From Candidatus Egerieisoma sp. (lineage in GTDB: Bacteria; Bacillota; Clostridia; UBA1212; UBA1255): a DNA stretch of 58,671 bases. Each line of letters opens with the position of its first letter. Position 1 is the stretch's first letter. The translations under genes were made by a program, and so were the position numbers. The notes beneath the pieces were generated by a model. It saw only the letters and a program-made list of their open reading frames with translations, was not told where the DNA came from and did not search any database. The DNA lies in NCBI GenBank assembly GCA_045580735.1, contig JAZNOJ010000065.1, positions 1-58,671 on the forward strand, in the 5' to 3' direction. Shown here piece by piece: positions 18,164-31,750 of the stretch.

Positions 18164-18186
18164 AATGCTTATGTTTACTCCTTACA

Positions 18187-18786
18187 TTAAAAAGTTTGCT
18201 TTAATGCCTGTTTTACCGTTTCCTCTAATGTCATACCATCTTTATACACCTTTGAAACAAGCTTCGAAGCTTCTTTAGATGTGTATCCAAGTACCATAAG
18301 AGCAGAAACTGCATCATTACTTATATATCCTGTTTCCACAGGCTCAAAATCAGCCTCAGCCACCTGTGCCTCTGCCTTTATATCCTTACTTATCTTATCC
18401 TTAAGCTCTAATACTATTCTTTGTGCCAGCTTAGGACCAACACCTTTACTTTTACTAATTGCTTTAAAATCGCCCGTTGCCACTGCCAAACTAAATTCAG
18501 ATGGACTCATTGCAGTTAAAATTGCAACTCCCATTTTAGGTCCTACGCCACTTACACCAATTAGCATATTGAAAACTGATAACTCCTCTCTAGTTTTAAA
18601 GCCAAAAAGAGATAGCTCATCTTCCTTGACATTCATATGTGTATAAAGTGTAACAGCATCGCCTATATTACCAATGTTTGAAATTGTAATATATGATGCA
18701 AAGATTCTAAAGCCAACTCCATTAACATCAATTACACAATAATCAGTTCCCTTATATTGTAATGTTCCTTTTATATATTCAAACAT
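18187..18786 (-). CDS. ruvA: Holliday junction binding protein RuvA
   Basis: MFEYIKG, VSGVGPK, GVGPKLAQRIVLELKDK, ALMVLGY. Confidence 0.97.
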   Translation of the reverse strand: MFEYIKGTLQYKGTDYCVIDVNGVGFRIFASYITISNIGNIGDAVTLYTHMNVKEDELSLFGFKTREELSVFNMLIGVSGVGPKMGVAILTAMSPSEFSLAVATGDFKAISKSKGVGPKLAQRIVLELKDKISKDIKAEAQVAEADFEPVETGYISNDAVSALMVLGYTSKEASKLVSKVYKDGMTLEETVKQALKQTF

Positions 18787-18793
18787 TATTATA

Positions 18794-20029
18794 TTAATCC
18801 TTTCTTCTACGAATAACAGTACCCGCTTTTACCGTAAATTCAGTCTGCATCGTTACCTTCATCATAGCATGTGGAGCTTTTTCGATGCTTTCTCCATCAG
18901 AATTTCGCATTTCAGAAATTATGTGCGTAATAACCTCACCCTCGGGAGGAACAAATTCCAACTGGTCTCCTACTTTAAAATTACCCCTTAATGTAAGAGT
19001 TAAATCATATTTTCCTTTTTCTAGTGGCACGCAGCTATCTACAGTACCGATGAAATCTGTTTCCCTTTTATAAGAAGAAGTTTCATAGATTTGGCTACCC
19101 TTTTCACCTTTATAAAAGCCGGTGCAATAATCTCTGTGACTTACACTGCAAACCTCTGAAAGTAAATTATTGAGAATTTCATCTGTAAGCTCTTCTCCAC
19201 GCTCTAGCATATCTATAGCTTTTCTGTATGCCCTAACTGTAACAGCAACATAGAACTCACTCTTCATTCTTCCTTCAATTTTAAATGAAGTCACACCTGC
19301 TTCTTTAAAGTCCTTCAAATAAGGTAGCATACATAAATCCTTTGAATTAAATAAAAATGTTCCTCTGTCATTTTCTTCAATATCTAAAATATCATTAGGT
19401 CTGGTCGTTTCAATTATTTTGTAATTCCATCTGCATGGCTGCGCACAATCACCTCTATTTGAAGAACGATTTACAAAATAATCGCTTAACATACATCTTC
19501 CTGAAAATGACATACACATTGCTCCATGAACAAACGCTTCTAATTCAAGCTGGCAATTTCTTTCTTGTAAATTTTTATTTAATTCTGCTATTTCTGCTAA
19601 AGACAACTCTCTTGCCAAGTTGACTCTTACTGCGCCCATTTTTTGCCAAAATTCACATGTACGCCAATTTAAATTATTTGCCTGTGTACTAACATGTATA
19701 GGAAGCTCTGGGGCTGCATCCTTTACTGTCATAAACGCGCCTGGGTCAGATATTATAACTCCATGTACTCCGGCCTGCGACAGCTCCCTTGCATATTTCG
19801 CCATTTCGGGCAAATCATGATTTCTTGCGATTATATTCATTGTTACATATATTTTTTTATGAATACTGTCTGCATAATCTACTGCGTCAGCTATTTCCTG
19901 AAGTGTAAAATTATCTGCATTTGCTCTTAAACCAAACACGTCTCCCCCTATGTATACAGCATCAGCGCCATATTCAAAGGCTGTTTTCATTTTTATTTTA
20001 TTACCACCCGGGGCTAAAAGCTCAATCAT
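18794..20029 (-). CDS. U32 family peptidase-like tRNA hydroxylase (TrhP-like)
   Basis: ELLAPGG, HVSTQAN, HGAMCMSFSGRC, CAQPCR, KIEGRMKS. Confidence 0.9.
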   Translation of the reverse strand: MIELLAPGGNKIKMKTAFEYGADAVYIGGDVFGLRANADNFTLQEIADAVDYADSIHKKIYVTMNIIARNHDLPEMAKYARELSQAGVHGVIISDPGAFMTVKDAAPELPIHVSTQANNLNWRTCEFWQKMGAVRVNLARELSLAEIAELNKNLQERNCQLELEAFVHGAMCMSFSGRCMLSDYFVNRSSNRGDCAQPCRWNYKIIETTRPNDILDIEENDRGTFLFNSKDLCMLPYLKDFKEAGVTSFKIEGRMKSEFYVAVTVRAYRKAIDMLERGEELTDEILNNLLSEVCSVSHRDYCTGFYKGEKGSQIYETSSYKRETDFIGTVDSCVPLEKGKYDLTLTLRGNFKVGDQLEFVPPEGEVITHIISEMRNSDGESIEKAPHAMMKVTMQTEFTVKAGTVIRRRKD

Positions 20030-20043
20030 TCTTATCTCCTATT

Positions 20044-20679
20044 TTATTTTATTCTTGTAGATACTGTCATTCCATCACCAACATCCAAAAGTGATGATTG
20101 CAATCTATCGTCAGACATTATTTTTTGCAAAAACGCCCTTAGATTTGTTACTATAGTTCTGTGCTTATGTGGTGCTTCTTTAGGATTATCTAAAACCTTC
20201 CCATAAAAAATGCAATTATCACAAACTAGCAACCCACCAATATTCAAAAGTCTCATAGCATCCTCATATAAATTGATATATTGTCCCTTTGCTGCATCCA
20301 TAAAAATCATGTCGTATGGTTTTTGCAGAGCTGCTAAAACCTCTGCTCCATCTCCAGCTATGACTCGTATTTTGTCCGACTTACAAGCCGTTTCTATATT
20401 ATTTCTTGCAATAACAACACTTTGTAAATCTATCTCAACCGTGTCAATTTTACTTTCACATGAGCTTTGACTCATCAATATTGCCGAATATCCTATTGCA
20501 GTTCCTACCTCTAATATACGTTTTGGTTTTTTTAAGCTAACTAAAGTCCGCAAGAATGCTGCTGCATCATGTCTTAATATTGGAACATGATTTTCATTTG
20601 CATAAACTCTCAATTCTGCTTCTATCCCAGCTTCCTTAGGTAGCATATTTTCTATAAATATTTTTGTTTGCTCATCCAT
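20044..20679 (-). CDS. O-methyltransferase (TrmR/YrrM-like)
   Basis: ILEVGTAIGYS, DAAKGQY, located between mltG and the U32 gene. Confidence 0.88.
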   Translation of the reverse strand: MDEQTKIFIENMLPKEAGIEAELRVYANENHVPILRHDAAAFLRTLVSLKKPKRILEVGTAIGYSAILMSQSSCESKIDTVEIDLQSVVIARNNIETACKSDKIRVIAGDGAEVLAALQKPYDMIFMDAAKGQYINLYEDAMRLLNIGGLLVCDNCIFYGKVLDNPKEAPHKHRTIVTNLRAFLQKIMSDDRLQSSLLDVGDGMTVSTRIK

Positions 20680-22042
20680 ATTGTTTCTTCGCCTGTAAGT
20701 GCTCCTGATATGTCTTAGAGAATATATGAGATCCTACTCCGTCCTTAGCATTAAGAACAAAGTAATAGTAATCTGTCTTTTCGTAATTCAAAACAGCCTT
20801 TATTGAAGCTATACCCGGACTGCATATAGAACCAGGCGTCAATCCCTCGTGTAAATAAGTGTTATATGAATCATTTACCTTTTCGTGCTCTTCTGTGATA
20901 TTTACAACATCTTCATTGTAAAGCTTTTTATAAACATATCTTATTGTTGCACACGATTGTAGCTTTTTTAAATCCTGCTTATCACTATTTAATCTGTTAA
21001 TAAACACGCCTGCAATTTTGGCTCTTTCTGACTGCAATTTAGCTTCACGCTCTACTATAGAAGCTAGCGTAACAACCTCGTCAACAGTTAGCCCAGCCTT
21101 TTCTGCCTTTTCATAGTACGCAGGAAGAAAGAGTTCATTAAATCTGTTTAACATTTTATAAATAACATCCTCCACATTTGCCTTTACATCAAATTCATAT
21201 GTGTCAGGGAACAAATATCCATCTAAGCGATGGTCTCTGCCCTCTGTATTGATGTTGCTTAAAAATGTATATGACGATACATCTATATCTTCGACAGCTT
21301 TAATAAAATCCTCTGCTGCAACAACATTATTAGCTTCAAGTCTTGCTGCTATTTGTTCTGTAGTAAAGCCTTCAGGGAAAGTAACTCTTACTGTCTCTGG
21401 TTCACCTGCAAGCAAGGTCATAATTTCATCATACGATAATCCTTCACATAAAGTATATGTTCCAACTTTATATTGACCATCATATCCATTAAATTTTGAT
21501 AAAAATCTATATATATTCTCGCTTTCTATCAAGCCCATATCATATAAGCTTTCAGCAATTACTGCTGTAGTCATACCCTTGTCTATTCTGAATTTTACAG
21601 ATGAGTCTTCATCCAAAACAATCGATTCCTCTGTAATCGGATTTTCATATTTATCAACAAGATATGTGTATGATAAAAAGGCACTAAATACTATAATGCA
21701 TGCCAAAAATACAATAAAAATTATCGTAAGCGGTACCTTATACCTTTTTTTTCTCATTCTGGTTGCTTTTCTGGTAAGAGAATTATTTTTCCTAACTATA
21801 CGCTTTGTTTTACTCTGCTCAGTTTCGGCCTTTTGACCGGGTATTCTTCTTTTTGCTCCCGGCTTTAAATACGCCTTTCCTTGCATAGCCTCTTTAGAAG
21901 CACTTGATTTGGAATCTGTTGTGCTTCTTTTATATATTTTCTGCGTATTTGTTCTTCTCGCAGGTATTGATATCGTTTCTTCCTTTTTTTGCTCAGTAGA
22001 AGCTCTCCTAGCTTCACCCGGTTTTCTTATTTTGCTGCTCAA
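20672..22042 (-). CDS. mltG: Endolytic transglycosylase MltG
   Basis: TM helix, GYLFPDTY, LASIVERE, SYNTYLHEGL.PG.I. Confidence 0.93.
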   Translation of the reverse strand: MSSKIRKPGEARRASTEQKKEETISIPARRTNTQKIYKRSTTDSKSSASKEAMQGKAYLKPGAKRRIPGQKAETEQSKTKRIVRKNNSLTRKATRMRKKRYKVPLTIIFIVFLACIIVFSAFLSYTYLVDKYENPITEESIVLDEDSSVKFRIDKGMTTAVIAESLYDMGLIESENIYRFLSKFNGYDGQYKVGTYTLCEGLSYDEIMTLLAGEPETVRVTFPEGFTTEQIAARLEANNVVAAEDFIKAVEDIDVSSYTFLSNINTEGRDHRLDGYLFPDTYEFDVKANVEDVIYKMLNRFNELFLPAYYEKAEKAGLTVDEVVTLASIVEREAKLQSERAKIAGVFINRLNSDKQDLKKLQSCATIRYVYKKLYNEDVVNITEEHEKVNDSYNTYLHEGLTPGSICSPGIASIKAVLNYEKTDYYYFVLNAKDGVGSHIFSKTYQEHLQAKKQYG

Positions 22043-22046
22043 GGAA

Positions 22047-23876
22047 TCACCCCTTTGCTCTTGCCTTCGCCCTTTGCTCTGTTTGTAAAATTGTTTTTCT
22101 CAATCTGATAGTTTGAGGAGTAATCTCAACAAGCTCGTCATCTGATATAAATTCCAATGCCTGTTCTAAGCTTAATAGAACTGGTGGTGTTAATTTAAGT
22201 GCCTCATCAGAGCCTGAAGCTCTAATATTTGTAATATGCTTACGCTTGCAAACATTTATAACCAAATCTTCATTTCTAGCACATTCGCCTACTATCATGC
22301 CTTCATAAACCTTTTCTCCAGGTCCTATAAATAGCTTTCCTCTTTCTTGAGCATTGAAAAGACCATAAGTAACAGCCTCGCCCTGCTCCCATGCTACTAA
22401 AGAGCCATGCTGTCTTGCATCAATATCTCCTTTGTACTCATCGTACCCATCAAATATATGGCTCATTATACCATTTCCTCTTGTATCCGTCAAAAATTCA
22501 GAACGATAGCCTATAAGGCCTCTTGATGGAATTCTAAAATCTAGTCGAACATAATTTTCCGTTGTAGGCTGCATATTTAGCATTTCACCTTTTCTTCTGC
22601 CTATTTTTTCAATTACAGTTCCGACAGCCTCTTCTGGAGTATCTATAGTTAATCTTTCCATGGGCTCCTGTATTATACCATCCTTTTCTTTTAAAATAAC
22701 CTTCGGACGTGAAACTTGGAACTCATATCCTTGTCTTCTCATAGTTTCTATTAATATAGATAAATGTAGCTCTCCTCGTCCTGATACCTTTAATGTATCT
22801 GGAGAATCTGTATCCTCTATTCGCATGCTTACATTTGTTTCAAGCTCCTTCATAAGACGTGCTCTAATATGTCTAGATGTTACAAAGGTACCCTCTTTGC
22901 CTGCAAAAGGACTATTGTTTACCATAAAATTCATTGATATCGTCGGTTCATCAATGTTTACAAATTCAATAGGCTCAACACAATCTATCGCACATATTGT
23001 ATCTCCGATATTAATCTCTGGTATGCCGGCAATTACTATAATATCTCCACCCATTGCTTCCTGTGTTTCAACTCTTTTTAAGCCCTGGTATTTATATAAA
23101 TATGTTACTCTAGCATTTTTCTTAACTGAATCCTTACTATTACATACAATTACCGGCTGTCCGATATTTACTTTTCCTCTTTCAACTCTGCAAACTGCTA
23201 TTCTGCCAACATATTCATCTGTGGTAACATTTGATACAAGTGTTCTAAATGGTGCTTCAACCTCTGCCTTTGGCGCTGGAATCTCCTTAATAATTGCGTC
23301 AAATAGTGGCTGAAGATTCTTCCTTTCACCGCCATCAGCTTCTAGTGAAGCATAGCCGTCCCTTGACGAAGCATATACTACCGGGAAGTTAAGCTGTTCT
23401 TCATCTGCGCCCAAATCCATGAACAATTCAAGTACCTCATCAAGAACTTCTAATGGTCTGGCACCATCTCTATCAATTTTATTTATAACAACAATTGGCT
23501 TCAAATTCATTGCAAGAGCTTTCGTAAGCACAAATCTCGTTTGAGGCATAGCACCTTCAAACGCATCTACCAAAAGCAATACTCCGTCTACCATTCCTAA
23601 AACACGCTCAACCTCTCCACCAAAATCAGCATGTCCCGGTGTGTCAACAACATTAATTGTGTAACCATTGTAGCTTATAGCTGTATTTTTAGATAAAATC
23701 GTAATACCTCTTTCTCTTTCGAGATCATTTGAGTCCATTACTCTTTCCTGTACTGCTTCATTTTCTCTAAAGGTTCCGCTTTGATGTAAAAGTCCATCAA
23801 CAAGTGTTGTTTTACCATGGTCTACATGGGCTATAATCGCAATATTTCTTATATCTTCTCTGCTATTCGTTGTCAT
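22047..23876 (-). CDS. typA: Translational GTPase TypA/BipA
   Basis: [30 protein letters not shown]. Confidence 0.98.
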   Translation of the reverse strand: MTTNSREDIRNIAIIAHVDHGKTTLVDGLLHQSGTFRENEAVQERVMDSNDLERERGITILSKNTAISYNGYTINVVDTPGHADFGGEVERVLGMVDGVLLLVDAFEGAMPQTRFVLTKALAMNLKPIVVINKIDRDGARPLEVLDEVLELFMDLGADEEQLNFPVVYASSRDGYASLEADGGERKNLQPLFDAIIKEIPAPKAEVEAPFRTLVSNVTTDEYVGRIAVCRVERGKVNIGQPVIVCNSKDSVKKNARVTYLYKYQGLKRVETQEAMGGDIIVIAGIPEINIGDTICAIDCVEPIEFVNIDEPTISMNFMVNNSPFAGKEGTFVTSRHIRARLMKELETNVSMRIEDTDSPDTLKVSGRGELHLSILIETMRRQGYEFQVSRPKVILKEKDGIIQEPMERLTIDTPEEAVGTVIEKIGRRKGEMLNMQPTTENYVRLDFRIPSRGLIGYRSEFLTDTRGNGIMSHIFDGYDEYKGDIDARQHGSLVAWEQGEAVTYGLFNAQERGKLFIGPGEKVYEGMIVGECARNEDLVINVCKRKHITNIRASGSDEALKLTPPVLLSLEQALEFISDDELVEITPQTIRLRKTILQTEQRAKARAKG

Positions 23877-23925
23877 AATTTTCCATCTCTTCTCTACTTT
23901 TTACAATTCCTTTATAAACCCAAAC

Positions 23926-23963
23926 TGTCCGCCTATATCTGCATAAAACAGACATGGCGGACA
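23926..23963 (-). terminator. Long hairpin between yajC and typA (weak terminator or processing site)
   Basis: tgtccgcc..atctg/cagac..ggcggaca with only a short U-tract. Confidence 0.5.
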
Positions 23964-23986
23964 TCAGAATGTATTAATCAAAATAA

Positions 23987-25551
<1,565 letters not shown>

Positions 25552-25555
25552 TTAA

Positions 25556-26647
25556 TTAATCTATGAGCATCGCGTCACCAAACGAGAAAAATCTATATTT
25601 TTCCGCAACTGCTTCTTCATAGGCTGAAAGAATGTTCTCTCTGCCTGCTAAGCTACTTACAAGCATCAAAAGCGTAGATTCTGGTAAATGGAAATTTGTT
25701 ATCAATGAATCGACAATTTTAAACTTATATCCCGGATAAATAAATATACCTGTCCAACCTGACTTTTCCTTCATAAATCCATTGTCCTCTGCTACTGATT
25801 CAAGAACTCGGCAGGATGTTGTTCCTACTGCGAAAACCTTACCTCCATTTTTCTTTGTGTTGTTTATTGCATCACATGTATTTTGTGATATTGTATAATA
25901 TTCAAAATGCATAACATGATCTTCAACCTTTTCTTCCTTTACAGGTCTAAAGGTTCCCAAACCGACATGAAGTGTTACAAAAACAACATTCACACCCTTC
26001 TGCTTTATTTCTTCAAGAAGCTCCTTTGTAAAATGTAAGCCTGCCGTTGGTGCTGCAGCAGAGCCCTTTTCTCTTGAATACACCGTTTGATATCTTTCTG
26101 GATCTTCTAATTTTTCCTTAATATATGGTGGGAGTGGCATAATACCTATTTTGTCTAATATTTCTTCAAATACCCCATCAAATGTAAAACGCACATATCT
26201 GTTTCCACCTTCAACCACAGCTAATATTTCAGCCTTTAAGAGACCTTCCCCAAAGCTAAATACTGCACCGGGTTTAGCTCTTTTACCAGGTCTTACAAGA
26301 ATTTCCCAATAATTACATGACGTGCCTATACATTTTTCATTACTAGGCGGTATTTCCCCAATTACTTCCTTTACATCATTTTCTTTGAGATTTTTCAAAA
26401 GCACAAATTCAATAGGACCATTTGTTTCTTCTTTCACACCAAATAAACGAGCTGGTATAACTCTTGTATCATTTAAAACCAAACAATCGCCGGGCTTTAT
26501 ATAAGATAATATATCCTTAAATGTGCCATGTTTTTTGTCACCTGTTTTTTTGTTTAAAATTAAAAGTCTAGATGAGGCTCTGTCTGCCAAAGGTGTCTGT
26601 GCAATCAATTCCTCTGGCAATTCATAATAAAAATCCTTTACATTCAC
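25556..26647 (-). CDS. queA: SAM:tRNA ribosyltransferase-isomerase
   Basis: [34 protein letters not shown]. Probable GTG start at 26647. Confidence 0.97.
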   Translation of the reverse strand: MNVKDFYYELPEELIAQTPLADRASSRLLILNKKTGDKKHGTFKDILSYIKPGDCLVLNDTRVIPARLFGVKEETNGPIEFVLLKNLKENDVKEVIGEIPPSNEKCIGTSCNYWEILVRPGKRAKPGAVFSFGEGLLKAEILAVVEGGNRYVRFTFDGVFEEILDKIGIMPLPPYIKEKLEDPERYQTVYSREKGSAAAPTAGLHFTKELLEEIKQKGVNVVFVTLHVGLGTFRPVKEEKVEDHVMHFEYYTISQNTCDAINNTKKNGGKVFAVGTTSCRVLESVAEDNGFMKEKSGWTGIFIYPGYKFKIVDSLITNFHLPESTLLMLVSSLAGRENILSAYEEAVAEKYRFFSFGDAMLID

Positions 26648-27741
26648 GAGTTTCCATTCTCCCATACTCCGGACCAATACTCAAATGCAGCATCAACTAT
26701 ATCGCTCAAATCTAAAGAACTATAGACTTCGTCATTTAGCTTATATTCATATTTATCTGATTCAAGCAGATCCTTTAAATTTTTATCTGCAACAAACATA
26801 CGTGTCCATTTGATCATTGTTTCAGAATCACAAAGTGCTTCAAAATCTGTAATGCTATCTAATCTTACCAAATAAACAGCATATTGAGATTCAACAATTC
26901 CAACACTTCCTACCGGATTAACTCTAAGCCAATCATATACCTCAGCATAATCATCCTTATTAGCAGGGTAGAATTTCGTTACACCATCTGTTTTTAGAAG
27001 CGCTTCATCGTTCGAAAATTCATTGAGTAGTTTTACAAAATCCTCTCCATTATTTAATCTTTCTAAAACCATAGCTGCCTGCTGCTTTTGCACCTCAGCC
27101 GTGTTCTCTGTCGTTATAACAAAAGGAATAACCGATGCATTGTATGTGTATAAATAATCATAATATTCATCAAAGGCTGCTTCTTGAGACGCCTTCGACA
27201 CATCAGCATTTTGCTTGCATACTTCTGTGTACTTGTCTATCAGCGACCAATTTTCCCAGAATTTCACGTATTGTTCCTTAGTAAGATTATAGTATTTTTC
27301 AAAAAATTCTTCTTCACTTATGTTTTCTTCTTCCTTAATTGCTGAAAAATCCTGCTCTATCTGCTTCGCCACAGTATCTTTTTCTTCTGCCGTCAGACTA
27401 ACTCCATTTTTAGTTGCTTCTAGGACACGAATCATATACTCCTTTGCGAAATTAGATGTATTCTTTTTTAATTCGTCTGATGTAGATATGTCCGTAGTAG
27501 AATATAATTCCTTAACCATATCCTCATTTTCAATCACAAGCATATTAGCAAAAAATCTAAATTCCGCTTCGGTAACAGTCATATTTTCAATCTGCGCAAC
27601 AATTCTCTGGTCCGTCAAATCAGCCTTTTCCTTTTTACCAGAGGACAAGCAAGCGCTTAAACAAAAAATGAAAATAATTACGCATATCATGCATACAGAA
27701 ATAATACGTATATATTGCTTTAATTTGTTATTTAAATCCAT
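26644..27741 (-). CDS. PrsA/SurA-like parvulin foldase, membrane-anchored or lipoprotein
   Basis: Hydrophobic N-terminus with [18 protein letters not shown] and [12 protein letters not shown] parvulin-like motifs. Confidence 0.6.
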   Translation of the reverse strand: MDLNNKLKQYIRIISVCMICVIIFIFCLSACLSSGKKEKADLTDQRIVAQIENMTVTEAEFRFFANMLVIENEDMVKELYSTTDISTSDELKKNTSNFAKEYMIRVLEATKNGVSLTAEEKDTVAKQIEQDFSAIKEEENISEEEFFEKYYNLTKEQYVKFWENWSLIDKYTEVCKQNADVSKASQEAAFDEYYDYLYTYNASVIPFVITTENTAEVQKQQAAMVLERLNNGEDFVKLLNEFSNDEALLKTDGVTKFYPANKDDYAEVYDWLRVNPVGSVGIVESQYAVYLVRLDSITDFEALCDSETMIKWTRMFVADKNLKDLLESDKYEYKLNDEVYSSLDLSDIVDAAFEYWSGVWENGNS

Positions 27742-27774
27742 TATATTACCATCCTTAGTACTTATATTAAATTA

Positions 27775-28899
27775 TCATACGTCAAAAGAATCATCATATT
27801 CATCATCGTCAGAAGAAACCTCAGAGAATACAAATTTTTGTTTTTCTTCCTCAAGCGGTCTAGAAACTACACGACTTCTTCTGCTGGTAGTATGTGCCCT
27901 TGTATATTGTGCTTCTGATTTAATTATTTCATTTGTTTCTTCTTTTTTTTCTACTTTTACTTCTGATATTTTAACCTCAGAATCTTTCACAGGTGTTTTT
28001 GTAACCTCTTTTTTTTCGGATATATCCTCACTGTATTCTGGATACAAGTCCTCTCTCATTGCAATAAATGTATTGAAAGTAAAATATATGTATACAAAAT
28101 ACAATATTGATCTCAGCATTGCTGTGAAACATAAAATAACAATACTCATTGCTGTTGATTGATGACCATAATGTATTAAAAATAGCAACGATCTAATAAT
28201 TGCATCCCCAAGCATAAATAAAACAGTTTTGGGCATCAAGTACCATATATACGTATTTGTCATACGTATACCTGCCCACACAGCACCTTTCTTCATACCT
28301 GCAATAGCGGGTAAAACATACGAAAAGTATAAAACATAAAAAATCAATGCTAAAACTACTACTATAAGTGTAAGCAACCCTAATATTAATGCTGAAAAAA
28401 TAACGCCTGCATTACCATCTACAAGCTGTCTCACTCTAAGCAATACGGGTAAAACTGAATATAAAACCATAAAAAAGAAAATAGTAGATAAAATAAAAGC
28501 TACATAAATATATGCCAATGTCTTTAAAAAATTCTTTCCAATTCCCTTAGCATATTCACCCTTGCTTTTAGGCTTATCCTCGACACTACATAAAAGCACA
28601 TTCATATATCCTGAAAAAAACAAGGCTGATATTGCCGAAAGCAAAAGTAAGCTTAATAGCGTAAACAAAATAAAATAAAAAGCTTTATCCCCATCCGCTA
28701 AAAATTCACCGGCCTTTATAATCCATTTAGCAAGTCTATCAATATAATTTTCTTCAATTATATAACTAAATGAGCCATATTTTTTTATTATAGGATTATA
28801 TGCCTCTAATGCACTAAAACCAGTCACAAGCACTAAAAGTACTATGTATATTGAGGGTCTCTCCTTTAATCTTCTAAAAAATGTATTTATCGAATTCAT
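27775..28899 (-). CDS. Multi-pass membrane protein with charged C-terminal tail, function unknown
   Basis: About 6 hydrophobic segments, probable ATG 28899 with GGAG RBS. Confidence 0.7.
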   Translation of the reverse strand: MNSINTFFRRLKERPSIYIVLLVLVTGFSALEAYNPIIKKYGSFSYIIEENYIDRLAKWIIKAGEFLADGDKAFYFILFTLLSLLLLSAISALFFSGYMNVLLCSVEDKPKSKGEYAKGIGKNFLKTLAYIYVAFILSTIFFFMVLYSVLPVLLRVRQLVDGNAGVIFSALILGLLTLIVVVLALIFYVLYFSYVLPAIAGMKKGAVWAGIRMTNTYIWYLMPKTVLFMLGDAIIRSLLFLIHYGHQSTAMSIVILCFTAMLRSILYFVYIYFTFNTFIAMREDLYPEYSEDISEKKEVTKTPVKDSEVKISEVKVEKKEETNEIIKSEAQYTRAHTTSRRSRVVSRPLEEEKQKFVFSEVSSDDDEYDDSFDV

Positions 28900-29147
28900 A
28901 TCGTTACTCTCCACTTTTTTATTCTTGATGATTATACCATTGCATGTCAATTAACGCAATTGTTAAAGATATATTTTTTTATCGCTGTTTTAATTACTTA
29001 TTTTACTTCACCGCATGCTATTAATTTAAATGCTGATGCTTTTTTAAATTGAAGTTTATTTTTTATAATTGACAATAGAAAACAATATTTTTTTATGTTA
29101 TACTATCCTTCGCTTAGACATATTAATTTAAAAAGAGGCGATTTGTT

Positions 29148-30521
29148 ATGACAATAAACAATAATAAGCATATACACTTTGTCGGTATTGGAGGCTCTAG
29201 CATGAGTGGTCTTGCCGAGCTTGCTTTAAAGCAAGGCTTTATCGTAAGCGGCTCAGACCGAGCTATTTCCGAAAAAACAGAAAAACTTCGTGAAAAAGGG
29301 GCTATAATTTATTCCGGTCACTGCGCTGAAAACATAACCTCTGATACAAGCCTCGTTGTTTATACATTAGCAGTTCCTCTTTCAAATCCTGAGCTTGCAG
29401 AGGCTCAGAGAAAAAACATTCCCATAATAGAGCGCGGAAAATATTTAGGGCAAATATGCTCTCATTACAAATATTCAATTGCGGTCGCAGGTACACATGG
29501 CAAAACATCTACAACCTCGATGCTTAGCTCCATTCTTTTATCTGCTAACAAGGAGCCCAGCATACATATAGGTGGTTTTTTCCCTCTAATTAACAGCAAT
29601 GTGCTTGCCTCAAATAGTGATTATTTTGTAACCGAGGCTTGTGAATATCATGAGAATTTTCTTAATCTAAAGCCCTACGGTGCAATTATTTTGAATATAG
29701 AGGCAGAGCATCTCGATTATTATAGAGATTTGAACCATATTCTTGACTCATTTTCAAAATTTGCATCCTACTGTAACAAGAATGGTTTTCTCGTTGCATG
29801 TATGGATGACCAAAATACCATGAAAGTACTTTCGAATGCTCCGAAAAATATCATAACTTATAGCATAGATAACGAGAAAGCTGATGTTTATGCAAAAAAT
29901 ATACAGCATACAGCTAATAATTCAAGCTATACTTTATGTCATAAGGGTGTTGAAATTTGTCATATCCAATTAAAAGTACCTGGCACACACAATATTTCTA
30001 ATTCATTGGCTGCTGCTGCCGCTGCATTATATTTTGAATGTTCAACTGAAAGTATAAAAAATGGTTTGGAGGCTTTTGCCGGCACCGGCAGACGATTCGA
30101 AAAGAAGGGCACATACAATGGTGCTCCATTAATTGACGATTATGCCCATCACCCAACTGAAATAAGCGCTACATTGGAAGCTGCTAAAAGCATTCTTCCG
30201 GATAACGGAAAAATCTATGCTATACTTCAGCCACATACATACTCTCGTTCTCTAGCCTTTAAAGAGAATTTTGCTATTTCGTTAAAGAATGCTGATGTAG
30301 TAATTGTAACTGATATTTTTGCTGCCAGAGAAAAAGATCCTGGTACTATTTCAGGTTTTTCCATGGCTGAATATTTTAAATCACAGAGCATAAATTCACT
30401 CCACATTTCTGATTTTGATGACATTGCAAAATATATTCAAAAAAATGTAAATAAAAATGACATAGTAATTACTCTCGGTGCGGGTGATGTAAATGAAATA
30501 ATAAATCTAATACTAAAATAA
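29148..30521 (+). CDS. murC: UDP-N-acetylmuramate--L-alanine ligase
   Basis: HFVGIGGSSMSG, GTHGKTST, DDYAHHPTEI, GAGDV. Confidence 0.96.
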   Translation: MTINNNKHIHFVGIGGSSMSGLAELALKQGFIVSGSDRAISEKTEKLREKGAIIYSGHCAENITSDTSLVVYTLAVPLSNPELAEAQRKNIPIIERGKYLGQICSHYKYSIAVAGTHGKTSTTSMLSSILLSANKEPSIHIGGFFPLINSNVLASNSDYFVTEACEYHENFLNLKPYGAIILNIEAEHLDYYRDLNHILDSFSKFASYCNKNGFLVACMDDQNTMKVLSNAPKNIITYSIDNEKADVYAKNIQHTANNSSYTLCHKGVEICHIQLKVPGTHNISNSLAAAAAALYFECSTESIKNGLEAFAGTGRRFEKKGTYNGAPLIDDYAHHPTEISATLEAAKSILPDNGKIYAILQPHTYSRSLAFKENFAISLKNADVVIVTDIFAAREKDPGTISGFSMAEYFKSQSINSLHISDFDDIAKYIQKNVNKNDIVITLGAGDVNEIINLILK

Positions 30522-30555
30522 TAGCTTAATATTGCTTTTAATTCATATAGCATAA

Positions 30556-30600
30556 TTAAAAGGGGTAAATGGCACTTTCAATGTCATTTACCCCTTTAAA
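30556..30600. terminator. Bidirectional terminator between murC and the mreB-like gene
   Basis: aaggggtaaatggca...tgtcatttacccctt. Confidence 0.85.
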
Positions 30601-30606
30601 AAATTT

Positions 30607-31629
30607 TTATCTTGTTATAGCATATCTTTTCTTTTTGGCATCATCCATTTCGTTAAGTAACTGCATACAACCTCTTACAACACAAAGCTGCGCATTGTCT
30701 GCAACGCTTACATCAACACCCGTGCTTTTACGTACCAGCTCATCAAATCCAGCTATTTGAGCTGCTCCGCCCGTCATAACTATTCCCTTACAGAAAATAT
30801 CGGCTGCTAATTCTGGTGGTGTTTCCTCAAGTACTGCGTGTATACCATCAAGAATTGGAACAGCAGTATCTATGAGAGGCTCTAAAAGCTCCTCTGAGGT
30901 TATCACCCTTTCACTTGGAAGGCCAGTAACTATGTCACTTCCTCTAATTTCTACAGAATTTTTTCTAACTCCATGATAGAGACAACCTATTTCCATTTTT
31001 ATTTCCTCTGCAGTGCTGTCACCAACCATTATATTATGTTTTTTCTTAAGATAATTTTTTATCGTGTCGTCAAAAGCCTCTCCAGCTACACGTACACTCT
31101 TACTGTTTACTATTCCATTGTAGGAAATTACAGCAATATCTGTAGTGCCTCCACCTATATCAATAACCATATTTCCCGAAGGTCTGGAAATGTCAAGTCC
31201 CGCACCTACTGCTGCAGCTAGAGGCTCTTCTACAAGAAAAACTCTGCCCGCACCAGCACCTATAGCAGCTTGATAAACGGCTCTTTTTTCTACATTAGTT
31301 GTCTTACTCGGAATACATATCAACACATCAGGCTTAAACTTTTTAGCGATAGGATTAGCTATAGCCTTGTTTAAATAATAAGATAACATTTTTCTTGTCA
31401 CCGTATAGCTCGAAATCACACCATTTTGTACCGGTCTGATAGTAGTAATATCAAATGGTGTCTTTCCCATCATTAACCTTGCTTCCTCACCAATAGCCAC
31501 TACATCATTAGTGCCTTCTTTCACCGCTACTATAGATGGTTCTTTAATAACTACTCCCTTACCACCCACACTTACAATAACGGTTGAAGTTCCCAAATCT
31601 ATTGCTATGTTTTGTTTAAAAAGGCCCAT
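30607..31629 (-). CDS. MreB/Mbl family actin-like protein
   Basis: IAIDLGT, EEPLAAAVGAGL, DIGGGTTDIAVIS, TPPELAADI. No mreC/mreD adjacent. Confidence 0.93.
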   Translation of the reverse strand: MGLFKQNIAIDLGTSTVIVSVGGKGVVIKEPSIVAVKEGTNDVVAIGEEARLMMGKTPFDITTIRPVQNGVISSYTVTRKMLSYYLNKAIANPIAKKFKPDVLICIPSKTTNVEKRAVYQAAIGAGAGRVFLVEEPLAAAVGAGLDISRPSGNMVIDIGGGTTDIAVISYNGIVNSKSVRVAGEAFDDTIKNYLKKKHNIMVGDSTAEEIKMEIGCLYHGVRKNSVEIRGSDIVTGLPSERVITSEELLEPLIDTAVPILDGIHAVLEETPPELAADIFCKGIVMTGGAAQIAGFDELVRKSTGVDVSVADNAQLCVVRGCMQLLNEMDDAKKKRYAITR

Positions 31630-31750
31630 TTTTGCACCTCTGCTTATCCTCTGATTTATTGGTAATTATTATCATATACCATATTTTGATATGGTTCTGA
31701 AGCTTTTACACGCCTTCAGCTATGCGTTAAATATTACCATAAGCTCTATT